Below are positions 8,207-17,609 of a DNA stretch of 60,064 nt, piece after piece. The translations under genes and the position numbers were made by a program. Below the pieces are notes generated by a model, which was given only the letters and a program-made list of their open reading frames with translations, was not told where the DNA came from and searched no databases. Within the stretch, counting starts at the first letter, position 1; each line of letters opens with the position of its first letter. The stretch spans positions 1-60,064 of the forward strand of contig JAZDKE010000011.1 of assembly GCA_043803245.1 (NCBI GenBank), given 5' to 3'. This DNA is from Chloroflexota bacterium. GTDB lineage: Bacteria; Chloroflexota; Dehalococcoidia; Dehalococcoidales; SURF-40.

Positions 8207-9807
8207 AAAACACAATTTAATCTTTCAGGAACTGCTAAATATCCTCGGGGAAGAAAACGTGCGCCGCGGCCCGGCCACCATGACCGCCTACAGCCGCTGT
8301 CTTTTCGCGGTGGCCACCTTGAACCGTGCCCGGAAACCGGAGTTCGTGGTCCTGCCCAGGGACACCCAGGATATCCAGCGCATCGCGCAGCTGGCGACGC
8401 GCTACGAGTTCCCCCTACTCCATCATGGGCTCGGGGGTGATGATGCCCCTGCACGGCCCGGCCAAGCGCTACTGGTGCATCATCGACCCCAAGCGGATGA
8501 CCCAGGTGGAAATCGACGAAAAGAATATGTTCGCCATCATCCAGCCCTACGTGACTCACGCCCAGCTGCAGGCCGAGGCGATGAAACGGGGGCTGTTCAA
8601 CGGCATCCCCCTGGTTGGCGCCCAGGCCATGGCGCTGGCCAATCACGTCTGGCACGGCTGGCACGGCAGCGCCTACCGCACCGGCTTCGCCACCCGCAAC
8701 ATCCTGGGCATGGAATGGGTGCTACCCACCGGCGACATCATGACCACCGGTTCGCTCGCGGTACCCGCCGCCGGCTATTTCTGGGGCGAAGGCCCCGGCC
8801 CCGACCTCCGAAACCTGCGCAAGGGGCTGGTCTCGGAAAACGGCGCTTTCGGTATCATCACCCGCCTCGCGGTAAAGCTCCACCCCTGGCCCGGCCCCAA
8901 ATACTTCCCGGTGGCCGATATCCGCCCCTGCAAGACAAGCGAGCTTCCGGAAGACTTCCAGTGGCACTTCATCAACTACCCCACCGAGAAAGCCTGCGCC
9001 GACGGCATGTACGCCATCGGCAAGGCGGAAATCGGCGGTATCATGCAGCGCTGGGGCACCCAGCTCATCGCCTGGGAATACGCCAAGTCCAACGAAGAAT
9101 ATCTAAAGCTGCTCGAAGAGGGCTACTGGCGCAAGGAATGCCTCAACCTGGTCGCCATCTGTCTCTTTCCCTTCGCTTCGGCCAAACAGGTGGCCTACGA
9201 AGAAAAGGTGCTGGCCGGTATCATCAAGGCAACCGGCGGCAAAGAGGTGAGCCAGGAAATCTACGATAAGCTCAAGCCCTTCATCGCCAACACTTTGATT
9301 CGCGATAACTACGGTTTCCGCTGGACGCGGCCAGGCAACACCATGCACACCTCGATGCTCTTCGCCGACTCGCTGGACGCCGTATTCAACGCCCAGGACG
9401 AGCACTGGAAGCACATCGAGGGCTACAAGCCGCCCTTCCTCGAAGACAACGGCAACTCCGCCTGGGTGCTGCCTTTCGATTTCTGCCACGCCGGCGGCTG
9501 CACCGTGGACCAGAGCCACGAGAAAATCGATGCGGTCTGCCAGGAGGTCATGAAAGAGGCCATGGACTGGCTCCAGCACGATATCAAGGCTGGTATGTGC
9601 GCCTTCACCACCAACCTGGCACCGGCGGACATCGTGGGGCCAAAGTTTGCCAACTACCACCTGCCGCTGGCCAAAATAAAGAAAGCCCTCGACCCCAAAA
9701 ACGTGGCCAATTCCGGCCGCTTCATTGACGTGGCCCGTGTGGAAAAAGCCCAGCAGGAACTGGCCGAGAAAGCCAAAACCCCGCCGGAGAAGCCCAAAGA
9801 CGCCTAG
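8190..9807 (+). pseudogene. FAD-binding (PCMH-type) oxidoreductase, cassette 1 subunit B, interrupted by a +1 frameshift in the C5 run at 8411-8415
   Basis: N-terminus MPYGDEKHNLIFQELLNILGEEN...ATRYEFP is in frame 0 (ATG 8190 after GAGGAGGA). It continues YSIMGSGVMMPLHGP... in frame 1 (ORF 8326..9807). Both halves align co-linearly with the paralog 12830..14533 (IPFTPMSSYGMAF). Confidence 0.7.
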
Positions 9808-9826
9808 CCGGGGGGAAAGGAGAGCG

Positions 9827-11563
9827 ATGGACAGGTTACTACGCGTAGATATGAGCACGGGGAAGGTAAGCTCAAATCCCGTACCTGACGAATACCGGGG
9901 TCTGGGAGGACGCGGCCTCACCTCGACCATCATCGCCCGCGAAGTTGACCCGCGGGCCCACCCCCTGGCCGTAGAGAATAAACTGGTTATCGCTCCGGGG
10001 CTACTCAGCGGCACGCCCGCCGCCTGCAGCGGCCGGCTTTCCATCGGGGCAAAAAGCCCGCTCACCGGCGGCATCAAAGAGTCCTCGCCGGGCGGGGTCG
10101 CCGCTATGAAATTGGCGCGCCTCGGTATCGCCGCCATCATCGTCGAGGAACTGCCCCAAAAGGATGAGCTTTATATTCTGCACGTTAGCCGCGAAGATGC
10201 CCGGTTAGAGCCCGCCACCAAACTTAAGGGGCGGGGCAATAACGACACCGTTGCCATCCTGTCCGAGGAGTTCGGCGATAAGGTGGGCTACCTCAGCATC
10301 GGCCAGGCGGGAGAAATGAAACTATCCGCAAGCTCAATCGCCGCCACCGACATGGACAACCGCCCCTGCCGTCACGCTGGCCGTGGGGGATTGGGCGCGG
10401 TGATGGGTTCGAAACACTTAAAAGCCATCGTCATTGATGACCGGGGGACGGAACCGGTGCCCATGGGCGATAGCCACGAGTTTTTACGCTTTAACCGCAT
10501 GTGGTCGTCCAGCGTGCTGGCTGACCCCGCCACCGGACAGGGCATGCCCATCTTCGGCTCGCCGGCGGCGGTCACCATCATCAACAAGGAGGGGGCGCTG
10601 CCCACCCGCAATTTCCGATTCGGTCAGTTCGAAAAAGTCGAGGAAGTCTCCGGCAAGAAGCTGCGCCAGACCATCAAGGAACGCGGCGGTAAGCTTACCC
10701 TGCCCTGTTCTCCCGGCTGTGTGGTGCGCTGCCACCGCACCTACCACGGTAAAGACGGCAAATTTATGGGCAAGTCTCCCGAGTACGAGACTCTCTGGGC
10801 CTTCGGCCCCAACCTGGAAATCGGCGACCTGGACGCCATCGCCGAGCTGGGCAACCTCTGCAATGATTACGGGGTGGACACCATCGATACCGGCGTGGCC
10901 ATCGCCATGGCTATGGAGGCAGGACTTATCGAGTTCGGCGACGCCCGGGGCGCTCTAGAACTGGCGCGGGAGATAGGCCGCCAGAGCTACCTGGGCCGCA
11001 TCATCGCCAGCGGCGCCGCCACCGCCGCGAGAGTGTTTGGTGTCGCTCGGGTGCCGGTGGTGAAGGGGCAGGCCATGGTCGCCTACGACCCGCGCGTCAT
11101 CAAGGGCATGGGGGTTACCGAGGCCAAGTCCACCATGGGCGCCGACCACGGCGCCGGCTACATGGTGGGCGTAAACCTCGGCTGGGTACCGAACTGGCGC
11201 AACGTTCCCAAGCTCCAGGTTGAGGGTCAGGTGGAAGCTTCAAGAGCCATCCAGACCTTCCAGACCGCCATGGACTCAACCGGCCTCTGCCAGTTCACCC
11301 ACACCCCACTGCTCAACTCGCGGAAGGCCTTCAGCGGCGTCACCGGCATGCTCAACACCAAGTTCGGCTGGCAGATGCACCGCCGGGAATTCATGGCGTT
11401 GGGCAAGAGCCTGCTGAAGATGGAACACGAGTTCAACCTGGCCGCCGGACTCGGCCCGGCCACCGACCGGCTGCCGCTCTTTTTCTACAAGGAGCCGCTG
11501 CCGCCCTTAAACTCGACCTTCGATATCCCGGAAAACGAGATGGCCAAATTCTATAACTTCTAG
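9827..11563 (+). CDS. aor: aldehyde:ferredoxin oxidoreductase family (tungsten/molybdopterin AOR)
   Basis: ATG 9827 after GGGGGAAAGGAG. N-terminus MDRLLRVDMSTGKV...YRGLGGRGLTS..LVIAPGLLSGT..GRLSIGAKSPLTGG is typical of AOR. Cys cluster CSPGCVVRCH. Confidence 0.9.
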   Translation: MDRLLRVDMSTGKVSSNPVPDEYRGLGGRGLTSTIIAREVDPRAHPLAVENKLVIAPGLLSGTPAACSGRLSIGAKSPLTGGIKESSPGGVAAMKLARLGIAAIIVEELPQKDELYILHVSREDARLEPATKLKGRGNNDTVAILSEEFGDKVGYLSIGQAGEMKLSASSIAATDMDNRPCRHAGRGGLGAVMGSKHLKAIVIDDRGTEPVPMGDSHEFLRFNRMWSSSVLADPATGQGMPIFGSPAAVTIINKEGALPTRNFRFGQFEKVEEVSGKKLRQTIKERGGKLTLPCSPGCVVRCHRTYHGKDGKFMGKSPEYETLWAFGPNLEIGDLDAIAELGNLCNDYGVDTIDTGVAIAMAMEAGLIEFGDARGALELAREIGRQSYLGRIIASGAATAARVFGVARVPVVKGQAMVAYDPRVIKGMGVTEAKSTMGADHGAGYMVGVNLGWVPNWRNVPKLQVEGQVEASRAIQTFQTAMDSTGLCQFTHTPLLNSRKAFSGVTGMLNTKFGWQMHRREFMALGKSLLKMEHEFNLAAGLGPATDRLPLFFYKEPLPPLNSTFDIPENEMAKFYNF

Positions 11564-11708
11564 GCGTGTTACCAGGCTATCATTCAACTCGAGGCCTGAC
11601 CGTCCATCGCTTTTTTCGGGTAAATCAGTCTATTCTTCAAAGGGCTGATTTATTTGTCTCCCTCACCCCCTGTATCCCCCTCTCCCACCTGCGGGGCGGG
11701 CGAGGGGG

Positions 11709-11739
11709 AAGAAAAAGAAAGAGGGGCTGACGCCCCTCT
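11709..11739 (-). terminator. Rho-independent terminator downstream of the T5orf172 gene
   Basis: Minus strand AGAGGGGC-GUCA-GCCCCUCU followed by UUCUUUUUCUU. Confidence 0.5.
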
Positions 11740-11802
11740 TAAACACCCGATATTTTCACCTCAACAGAACTTCCAGCCTATTTGAAATGGGAAACCTATC
11801 CC

Positions 11803-12603
11803 TTACATGAACTTTCTTCTTCTGAACGACGAAATATCTTCAGGCGAGAGGGCAAAATATTCTCCCCTTGTTCTCTTGTCTTTGAACCTGTTATGCCAGT
11901 AGGCTTCGATGCCAAACGGGTCATCGGTTCTAATTTTGTGCAATATTTTTAGGTCTTCCGGTAGCTTTGTGCCCAACTCATAGTTGCGCCTTTCAGGATT
12001 TTTACTGCTGCCGATTTTGTAGACACGCTGGAATTTCATCAGGTATACGTAACCATATTCAACATCAGCCTCTTTAGAATTTTGCTCAGGCTCTTTTTCT
12101 GTGACTGCAGCAACCCCCCGGCAAATAGCCAAAACATCCGAATATTCAGGCTTACCTTCGCAATGAGCAAGTAGTTTGTTAATAAGCTCAGCCTTTTTCC
12201 CTAACCGTTCACGTAGCGTTTGAGGGTAGGGGAAATTGTCGCTTTTGTTAGCTTTTAATCTGATTTCTATAGAAGTTGGGAATCTCCCAATCTCTCTAAT
12301 TAAAGAAATAAGCTTATCAAACAAAAATTGTTCATCATATGCTGATTGCTTTTGGTTTGGCGTAAATCCGGCTTCAACAACAAAATCGCTATATCTCGCC
12401 CAATGTTTCTGCCAATCGTATGGCTTAATGCCTGTTTCCTTTTCAAAACGATCCATCCCCAACGGAATACCATTGTTTTCCTTAGCTGTGCAACGCATCT
12501 CCCTGAGCATATATTCTTTATCCATACTTCCCCACGAATAAATCAGTAGTCGGTTGATGGTATTATAAAGAAGCGTGATAAGAGCGTCAACCGAACCGGA
12601 CAT
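11803..12603 (-). CDS. GIY-YIG superfamily nuclease (T5orf172/MUG113 domain) with N-terminal homing-endonuclease-associated repeats; low-GC island gene
   Basis: C-terminus GYVYLMKFQRVYKIGSSKNPERRNYELGTKLPEDLKILHKIRTDDPFGIEAYWHNRFKDKRTRGEYFAL fits the T5orf172 pattern. Two N-terminal repeats resemble HNH/homing-endonuclease repeats (..GIPLGMDRFEKETGIKP..; ..IGRFPTSIEIRLKANKSDNFP..). Sampled lines give 33-50% GC. An alternative start at ATG 12525 is possible. Confidence 0.65.
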   Translation of the reverse strand: MSGSVDALITLLYNTINRLLIYSWGSMDKEYMLREMRCTAKENNGIPLGMDRFEKETGIKPYDWQKHWARYSDFVVEAGFTPNQKQSAYDEQFLFDKLISLIREIGRFPTSIEIRLKANKSDNFPYPQTLRERLGKKAELINKLLAHCEGKPEYSDVLAICRGVAAVTEKEPEQNSKEADVEYGYVYLMKFQRVYKIGSSKNPERRNYELGTKLPEDLKILHKIRTDDPFGIEAYWHNRFKDKRTRGEYFALSPEDISSFRRRKFM

Positions 12604-12625
12604 AAAATTTTTCAGGGGGTGTCAT

Positions 12626-12693
12626 AGAGGGGGCTTTGCCCCCTCTCAATAAAAACTTTGCCCCTTCCCTTAATCAATCACCAAGGGAAGGGG
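12626..12693. repeat. two GC-rich hairpins at the right border of the low-GC island
   Basis: AGAGGGGGC-TTT-GCCCCCTCT (12626-12646) is nearly the same stem as the hairpin at 11720-11739. The second is CCCCTTCCCTT-11 nt-AAGGGAAGGGG (12661-12693). Confidence 0.5.
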
Positions 12694-12763
12694 ACAGGGG
12701 ATAGGTTTCAAATCCTACAAACTCACGGGAAATAAAATTTGGGCTTCTACTAGGGAAATGCTG

Positions 12764-12806
12764 GCAACAAAAAGGCCGGCCACCTGACACGATGACCGGC
12801 CGGCTT
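12764..12806 (-). terminator. Rho-independent terminator after cassette 2 subunit B
   Basis: Minus strand GC-rich stem (GCCGGCCGG...GGCCGGCC) followed by UUUUUGUU. Confidence 0.5.
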
Positions 12807-12829
12807 ATTTCTCGGCTTAATGAGCCTAT

Positions 12830-14533
12830 CTACTCCGGGTTACCGTTCCAGGGGCCTTCGGCCACTTTATTAACCGCATCTTTTAGCTCGTCGGTGATGG
12901 CCCCGGGGAAGACCTCGTCCACAACCTTATCGAAGATGTAGGGGTGCCCCGGCGCGGAGATTCCTTTAGGGTCGAACTCCGCCTTGAAGCGGTCCAGCCA
13001 GACGTCGTAGTTCTGGAGGGCGGGTGCAAAAACGCGCACCGGCGTTACCAGCGAGTAGAAAAAGCCCTGGTTACCGGTCTCGATGATGATGCGGCCTGCC
13101 TCGCTCACGCGCCACCGCATGAACCGGTCTTCAAGCCCCGGCTTGTGGACGTTCTCGTCGCCACGGTCTATCTGGGCGGCATCCGGCCAGGCGTGGAGTT
13201 CGCTGTAATAGAGGCGTCCCATGTTGTAGGCCATATACCAGGGGGTGTCCCCCTTCGGGTCGAGGAAATCGGCGTTGTACTCCGGCTCGGTCTCGCGCTT
13301 GCGCCACCGCTCTCCCATAGCCCGGATAGCTTTCAAGCTCTCCATACCGGTATCGCAGTCGCCGAACATGCCGGTCGGCTGCCACATGCCCAGGGAGTTG
13401 ACCGCAAAGAATGAGGCCTCGTCCACCTGCCTCGCCGAAAGAAGCTTGCCGCCGTTCTCCTTAACGATGTCCATGAGCACCCGCTCTTCATACTCAAGTT
13501 CAGCCTGACCCGAACGTCCGGCAAGCAATATCCGCATGATACGCCGCCCCGAGACTTCCTCTCTCGTCCGCTGGTTCCAGAACTCCCAGAAGCGGTTACG
13601 GTAGGCCAGGTCGCCCCGGGTCTTGGCGATTTCCCGCCAGAAAGAGGGCACCCGGTTAACGATAAACCCGATGCGCGCCCGGGTAATCTCCCCGAGGGCC
13701 TTCTCCACGTCTTCCTCGTTGGTGAAGCTGAAGTTATACCACTTCACCCGGTCCTCGGGCAGCTTCACGCAGCTATCGTAGCTCACGCCCTCCGGCTCCA
13801 GCTTCCTGGGCGGGAAGGGGTAGAGCTTGGTGGACATTTTAGTAACGATGCCCATGGCGCCGCCCCAGCCGGTGATGCCGTGCAGCAGGCCGCTCAAGTT
13901 GGGACCGGGGCCGTCCTGCCAGTACCAGCTATCGTCACCTTCGACCAGCGAGCCGAAGCGGTAGATTTCGCCCTCCGGCGAGACCCACTCCACGCCGTTC
14001 CAGCGGCGCTGGGAGGAGTAGGTTATCCGGTAGTTAAAGAGCCCCATGCCGTTGACCAGGGAGTTAGCTAAAACCGAGGCGCCGCCGCCACCGCCCGGCA
14101 TGCAGCCAATCAGTCCCCTTTTAAGCGTTTCGCCGTGCATCTGGGCGAAGTTGACCGCCGGCTCGACCACGACGTACATATTTTTCTCGTCGAGCCGCAT
14201 CCGGTTCATCCGCTTTAAGTCGATGAACAGAAAGTCGTCACGGAAGTTCGGGCCGCCGAAGGCCATACCGTAGCTGGACATGGGGGTAAAGGGTATCTGG
14301 TAGAGGTTACAGACCTTCACGATGCGGGCCACCTGCTCGGTGTTCTCCGGCATCACCACTGCCGCCGGCGCCCGCGATATCCCAGTGAAATAGAAAATCT
14401 GCCGGTCAAAGCCGCGGCCAACGTAGGCGCTGCAGAGAACCGGGTCGGTGCTCAGGTATTCGTGGCCGACGATGTTTTCCAGCGCCCGGCAAGCTTCCTC
14501 AGTGATGTTCTGAAAAACTTCCTGCCCAATCAT
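12830..14533 (-). CDS. FAD-binding (PCMH-type) oxidoreductase, cassette 2 subunit B (paralog of 8190..9807)
   Basis: 567 aa and intact. Co-linear similarity to the frameshifted gene (LDEKNMYVVVEPAVNFAQMHGETLKRGL versus IDEKNMFAIIQPYVTHAQLQAEAMKRGL). Confidence 0.85.
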   Translation of the reverse strand: MIGQEVFQNITEEACRALENIVGHEYLSTDPVLCSAYVGRGFDRQIFYFTGISRAPAAVVMPENTEQVARIVKVCNLYQIPFTPMSSYGMAFGGPNFRDDFLFIDLKRMNRMRLDEKNMYVVVEPAVNFAQMHGETLKRGLIGCMPGGGGGASVLANSLVNGMGLFNYRITYSSQRRWNGVEWVSPEGEIYRFGSLVEGDDSWYWQDGPGPNLSGLLHGITGWGGAMGIVTKMSTKLYPFPPRKLEPEGVSYDSCVKLPEDRVKWYNFSFTNEEDVEKALGEITRARIGFIVNRVPSFWREIAKTRGDLAYRNRFWEFWNQRTREEVSGRRIMRILLAGRSGQAELEYEERVLMDIVKENGGKLLSARQVDEASFFAVNSLGMWQPTGMFGDCDTGMESLKAIRAMGERWRKRETEPEYNADFLDPKGDTPWYMAYNMGRLYYSELHAWPDAAQIDRGDENVHKPGLEDRFMRWRVSEAGRIIIETGNQGFFYSLVTPVRVFAPALQNYDVWLDRFKAEFDPKGISAPGHPYIFDKVVDEVFPGAITDELKDAVNKVAEGPWNGNPE

Positions 14534-14627
14534 CTATCAATCCTCCTGGCCTTTAGCCCTGATGACCATCTCCTCGCATGTTCGGGAAAGCACTCACTGG
14601 CAATCGTCTAAAATCCCCCTATCGTCT

Positions 14628-15908
14628 TCAGCCAGTCGCCTTAACGAGTAGCTCGGTGATATCGTAAATTTTCAGGCCGCTTTCTGCCCCGGTAAAGGCC
14701 GCCTTGCAGCCGGGACAAGCGGTAACTACGGCCTCAGCGCCGGTGCTGGCCGCTTCCCGCATTCGCTCACTCGCCGTCCAGCGGGCGAAATCGGGAAAGG
14801 CTTCCGGCACGCCGCCGTCAGCCCCGGAGCAAAAGGCATTCTCGTGGTGGCGCACCATCTCGGCCAGTGTCAGGCCCTTAATCGCCCGAAGGAGGTTGCG
14901 CGGCGGCTCATAGACGCCGTGAACGCCCCGCCGAAGCACACGCGGCGGTTCGAAAACACCCCACTGCCCCCGCTTGCCCGCCCAGGGCAGCCACGGTTCG
15001 CTCATTCGCCCCAGGTTACAGGGGTCGTGGTAGGTCACCTTGATATCCAGCGGGTGATTCAGCTTGAGCGAGCCTTCTTTAAGCCACTGGTCGGCCAGTT
15101 CCGTGATGTGCTTTACCTCAAAACCAAGCTCAGAAGTGGCGAAACCCAGCATCTTGGGATAGTCAACCTTGAACGTCTTGTAGCACTCGGCACAGCTGAA
15201 GACCACCGTTTTGGCCCCGGCCTTACGGATGAGCTTGAGATTTTCGGCGGCGAGCTTCTTGGCTTTGGCGAGTTGCCCGGTGATAAAAACGAAGTGCCCG
15301 CAGCAGGGCTCGTTATCAAGCAGCCTGAAGGGCACATTGGCCGCCGCCATTATTCTAGCGGTCGCCTGGCTTATCGCGGTGTCGGTCATGGCCGCCCGGC
15401 AGCCTGCGAAATAGAGGGTATCAGCCTTAGCCTGGGGCTTGATGTCCCTGGGCAGCCAGCTTTTCCGCTCCGACTGGGCGCGGCCAAAGCGGTTACCGCT
15501 TTTCAGGATGCAATCGGTCACCGCAACGTGCTGGGGCATCGGGCCGTAGCCCTTTTCCACCAGCCGCACCCGGAGCGACTCCAGCATCAGTTGGAACTCA
15601 AAATCAAGATTACGCTTACCGGCAATGTCGCAGCTGCCGCACATGGGGTCGCGGAAAACGACGTCCTTCAGGGTGGGCGAGGCGTAGTCCAGCTTGCCCC
15701 GGAGCAGGTAGTCAACGATGTCGCACTTACCGGCGATACCGTAGGCGTCAAAATCCTGGTTCTGCCAGGTGGGGCACCGCGATGAGAAATCGATGCCCTG
15801 AACGTAGTTATAGTCTATCCAGCGGCCATGACCCTGGGCGGGATAATGTCGGGCGTCATACTGATAATCATCAAGGTTCAGCCCCAGCTCCAGCTTCTCT
15901 TCTGCCAC
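14628..15908 (-). CDS. (Fe-S)-binding CCG-domain protein, cassette 2 (paralog of 6899..8206)
   Basis: CCG motifs FAGC, EPCCGH, FSCAECY, HDPCNLGR, AFCSGADGG, TACPGCK. The N-terminal CxxCxxC seen in the paralog is absent. Confidence 0.85.
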   Translation of the reverse strand: MAEEKLELGLNLDDYQYDARHYPAQGHGRWIDYNYVQGIDFSSRCPTWQNQDFDAYGIAGKCDIVDYLLRGKLDYASPTLKDVVFRDPMCGSCDIAGKRNLDFEFQLMLESLRVRLVEKGYGPMPQHVAVTDCILKSGNRFGRAQSERKSWLPRDIKPQAKADTLYFAGCRAAMTDTAISQATARIMAAANVPFRLLDNEPCCGHFVFITGQLAKAKKLAAENLKLIRKAGAKTVVFSCAECYKTFKVDYPKMLGFATSELGFEVKHITELADQWLKEGSLKLNHPLDIKVTYHDPCNLGRMSEPWLPWAGKRGQWGVFEPPRVLRRGVHGVYEPPRNLLRAIKGLTLAEMVRHHENAFCSGADGGVPEAFPDFARWTASERMREAASTGAEAVVTACPGCKAAFTGAESGLKIYDITELLVKATG

Positions 15909-15930
15909 TTGCTTCTCCTTCCAGAGTTCT

Positions 15931-17394
15931 CTAAAAGCACAGGTTACCCGGGTTCAGGATACCGCTTGGGTCGAAATGTTTTTTGAAGCGCCTCAGTAAT
16001 GCGGCGTACTCGCCGTACTTCTGGTAGACCAGGTCGGCGACGACCGGATAGGGACGGGTAATATAAGCGCCCCGGGCCATGACCGCGGCGGTGGCCTGGC
16101 GGCGAAGCTCCCGGATTAGCGCCTTTTCCGCGGCGTCCTCCGGGTCATAATAGAAGCTGAACTGGAGCTGGCAGGCGTGCCCGTCCTGCACCGGCTGGAC
16201 GTAGACCCCAATATCAGCCGAGGCATACTGATACTCGGCGGCCACGGCGTTTACCTCCGGCAGGTACCAGCCAAGCCGCTCCAGGGTTGTCATGAACTGA
16301 AGGTCTTCACAGCCACCCCGGTAGGCGTGTTTCCAGTAGGGCCGCTCCCTGGGCCAGGGTTTTCGGAGCATCTCCGGCAGCACCTTCTCGGCGGCAGCCA
16401 CCCCGGGCAGCGTCTCCCAGAGGTCAAGACCGCGGAAGGATGCCCCCATCATCTGGCGCAGACAGTCTGCCTGGTAAGCCAGCTTCTCCTCGGGGCGGCG
16501 GCGCAGCGCCCGCTGCACCACTACCGCCGTCCAGGCGGGCAGCAATGCCCGCAGGCGTTGGAACTGCTCCGGGCTTGTGGCTAAAATGGCGGCCAGATTG
16601 GTATCGTTGAGGATGAGGCATTCGTGACAGATGCCGGCCCTCAGTATCTGGTAAGCCGGCTCAACCAGCTGCTCCAGGCTGCTGGCCGGGATGAAGAAGG
16701 CCTTGCTCAGCGTCGGTTTCTCTTCGATTTCCACCACACCCCAGGTCACCACCCCCATGGTGCCCTGCGCGCCGTACAGGAAAGTGTCGTAGCTCATCGG
16801 GCCGGGGCCGGTCGGCAGCACGCCGTCGGCCAGGCACTGTCCGCTCCGGAAACTGGCGACACTGGCGGAGCCGGTGACGAACAGCTCGCCGTTGCCCCAG
16901 ACGACCTGCATCGAGAGTAGCGGCTCGGCAACCTCGTGGTTCTGCATGACCGGCGGCTCTCTTTCCAGGTAATCCATAATCACCGACCGGGACACGTGGG
17001 GAAGCAGGGGGATGATGGGCGTGTAGCCCCTGGCTTCGAGCTCCGTGCAGAACTGCTCCCAGGTCACCCCGACCTGGAGGTGGGCCACCATCGACCCGCT
17101 TACGATTTCCACGATTCGGTCCATGCCCGCCAGGTCCAGGACAACGCCACCCTCCTTGGGCACGGCGCCACCGTGGAAATGGACTCTGGAAGTCTGGGGC
17201 ACCACCGCGAATTTAAGCTCATTGGCGAGCTCAATCACTTTCTGGGTCTGGGACACCGTCCGGGGACGGGCGACACAGGTAAATTGCCCCGGCGCTTCGG
17301 TGCTGTGGTCACGGCCGTAAGGCGCCATCACCTCCGGGCTAGCGAGCACATTGTCCTGGCCCAATATCTCAGCGAGACGCTCCTTTACCGACAT
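15931..17394 (-). CDS. FAD-binding oxidoreductase, GlcD-like, cassette 2 subunit A (paralog of 5456..6889)
   Basis: 487 aa. Ends FDPSGILNPGNLCF. Shared blocks with 5456..6889 (VGVTWEQ/VTWAQ, LLPH, YLEREP, GELF.TG.A). Confidence 0.85.
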   Translation of the reverse strand: MSVKERLAEILGQDNVLASPEVMAPYGRDHSTEAPGQFTCVARPRTVSQTQKVIELANELKFAVVPQTSRVHFHGGAVPKEGGVVLDLAGMDRIVEIVSGSMVAHLQVGVTWEQFCTELEARGYTPIIPLLPHVSRSVIMDYLEREPPVMQNHEVAEPLLSMQVVWGNGELFVTGSASVASFRSGQCLADGVLPTGPGPMSYDTFLYGAQGTMGVVTWGVVEIEEKPTLSKAFFIPASSLEQLVEPAYQILRAGICHECLILNDTNLAAILATSPEQFQRLRALLPAWTAVVVQRALRRRPEEKLAYQADCLRQMMGASFRGLDLWETLPGVAAAEKVLPEMLRKPWPRERPYWKHAYRGGCEDLQFMTTLERLGWYLPEVNAVAAEYQYASADIGVYVQPVQDGHACQLQFSFYYDPEDAAEKALIRELRRQATAAVMARGAYITRPYPVVADLVYQKYGEYAALLRRFKKHFDPSGILNPGNLCF

Positions 17395-17609
17395 GACAAC
17401 CTCCCGAGAACGTCTTAACCAGTCCGGCTACGGACAAAGCGTAACCACACGTGACATTCGAAGTCGCTTAGTGCCTAATGCCTTGAATATGTTTTCCGGG
17501 GTTTTTGTGGGCGAATTCACCATTAGGCTCTTTTAATGTCGTTCCATGTAGCGTGAAGAGAAACCGGCTTACCTTCCGGGGAGAGGCGGGTAAAACACAA
17601 GCCGACCAA

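Noticed and set aside
8139-9269. 376-aa + strand ORF in frame 0
   Set aside because: Only the first ~75 codons after ATG 8190 look like protein. Beyond the C5 run at 8411-8415 it is Arg/Pro/Gly-rich off-frame read-through of the frame-1 FAD oxidoreductase.
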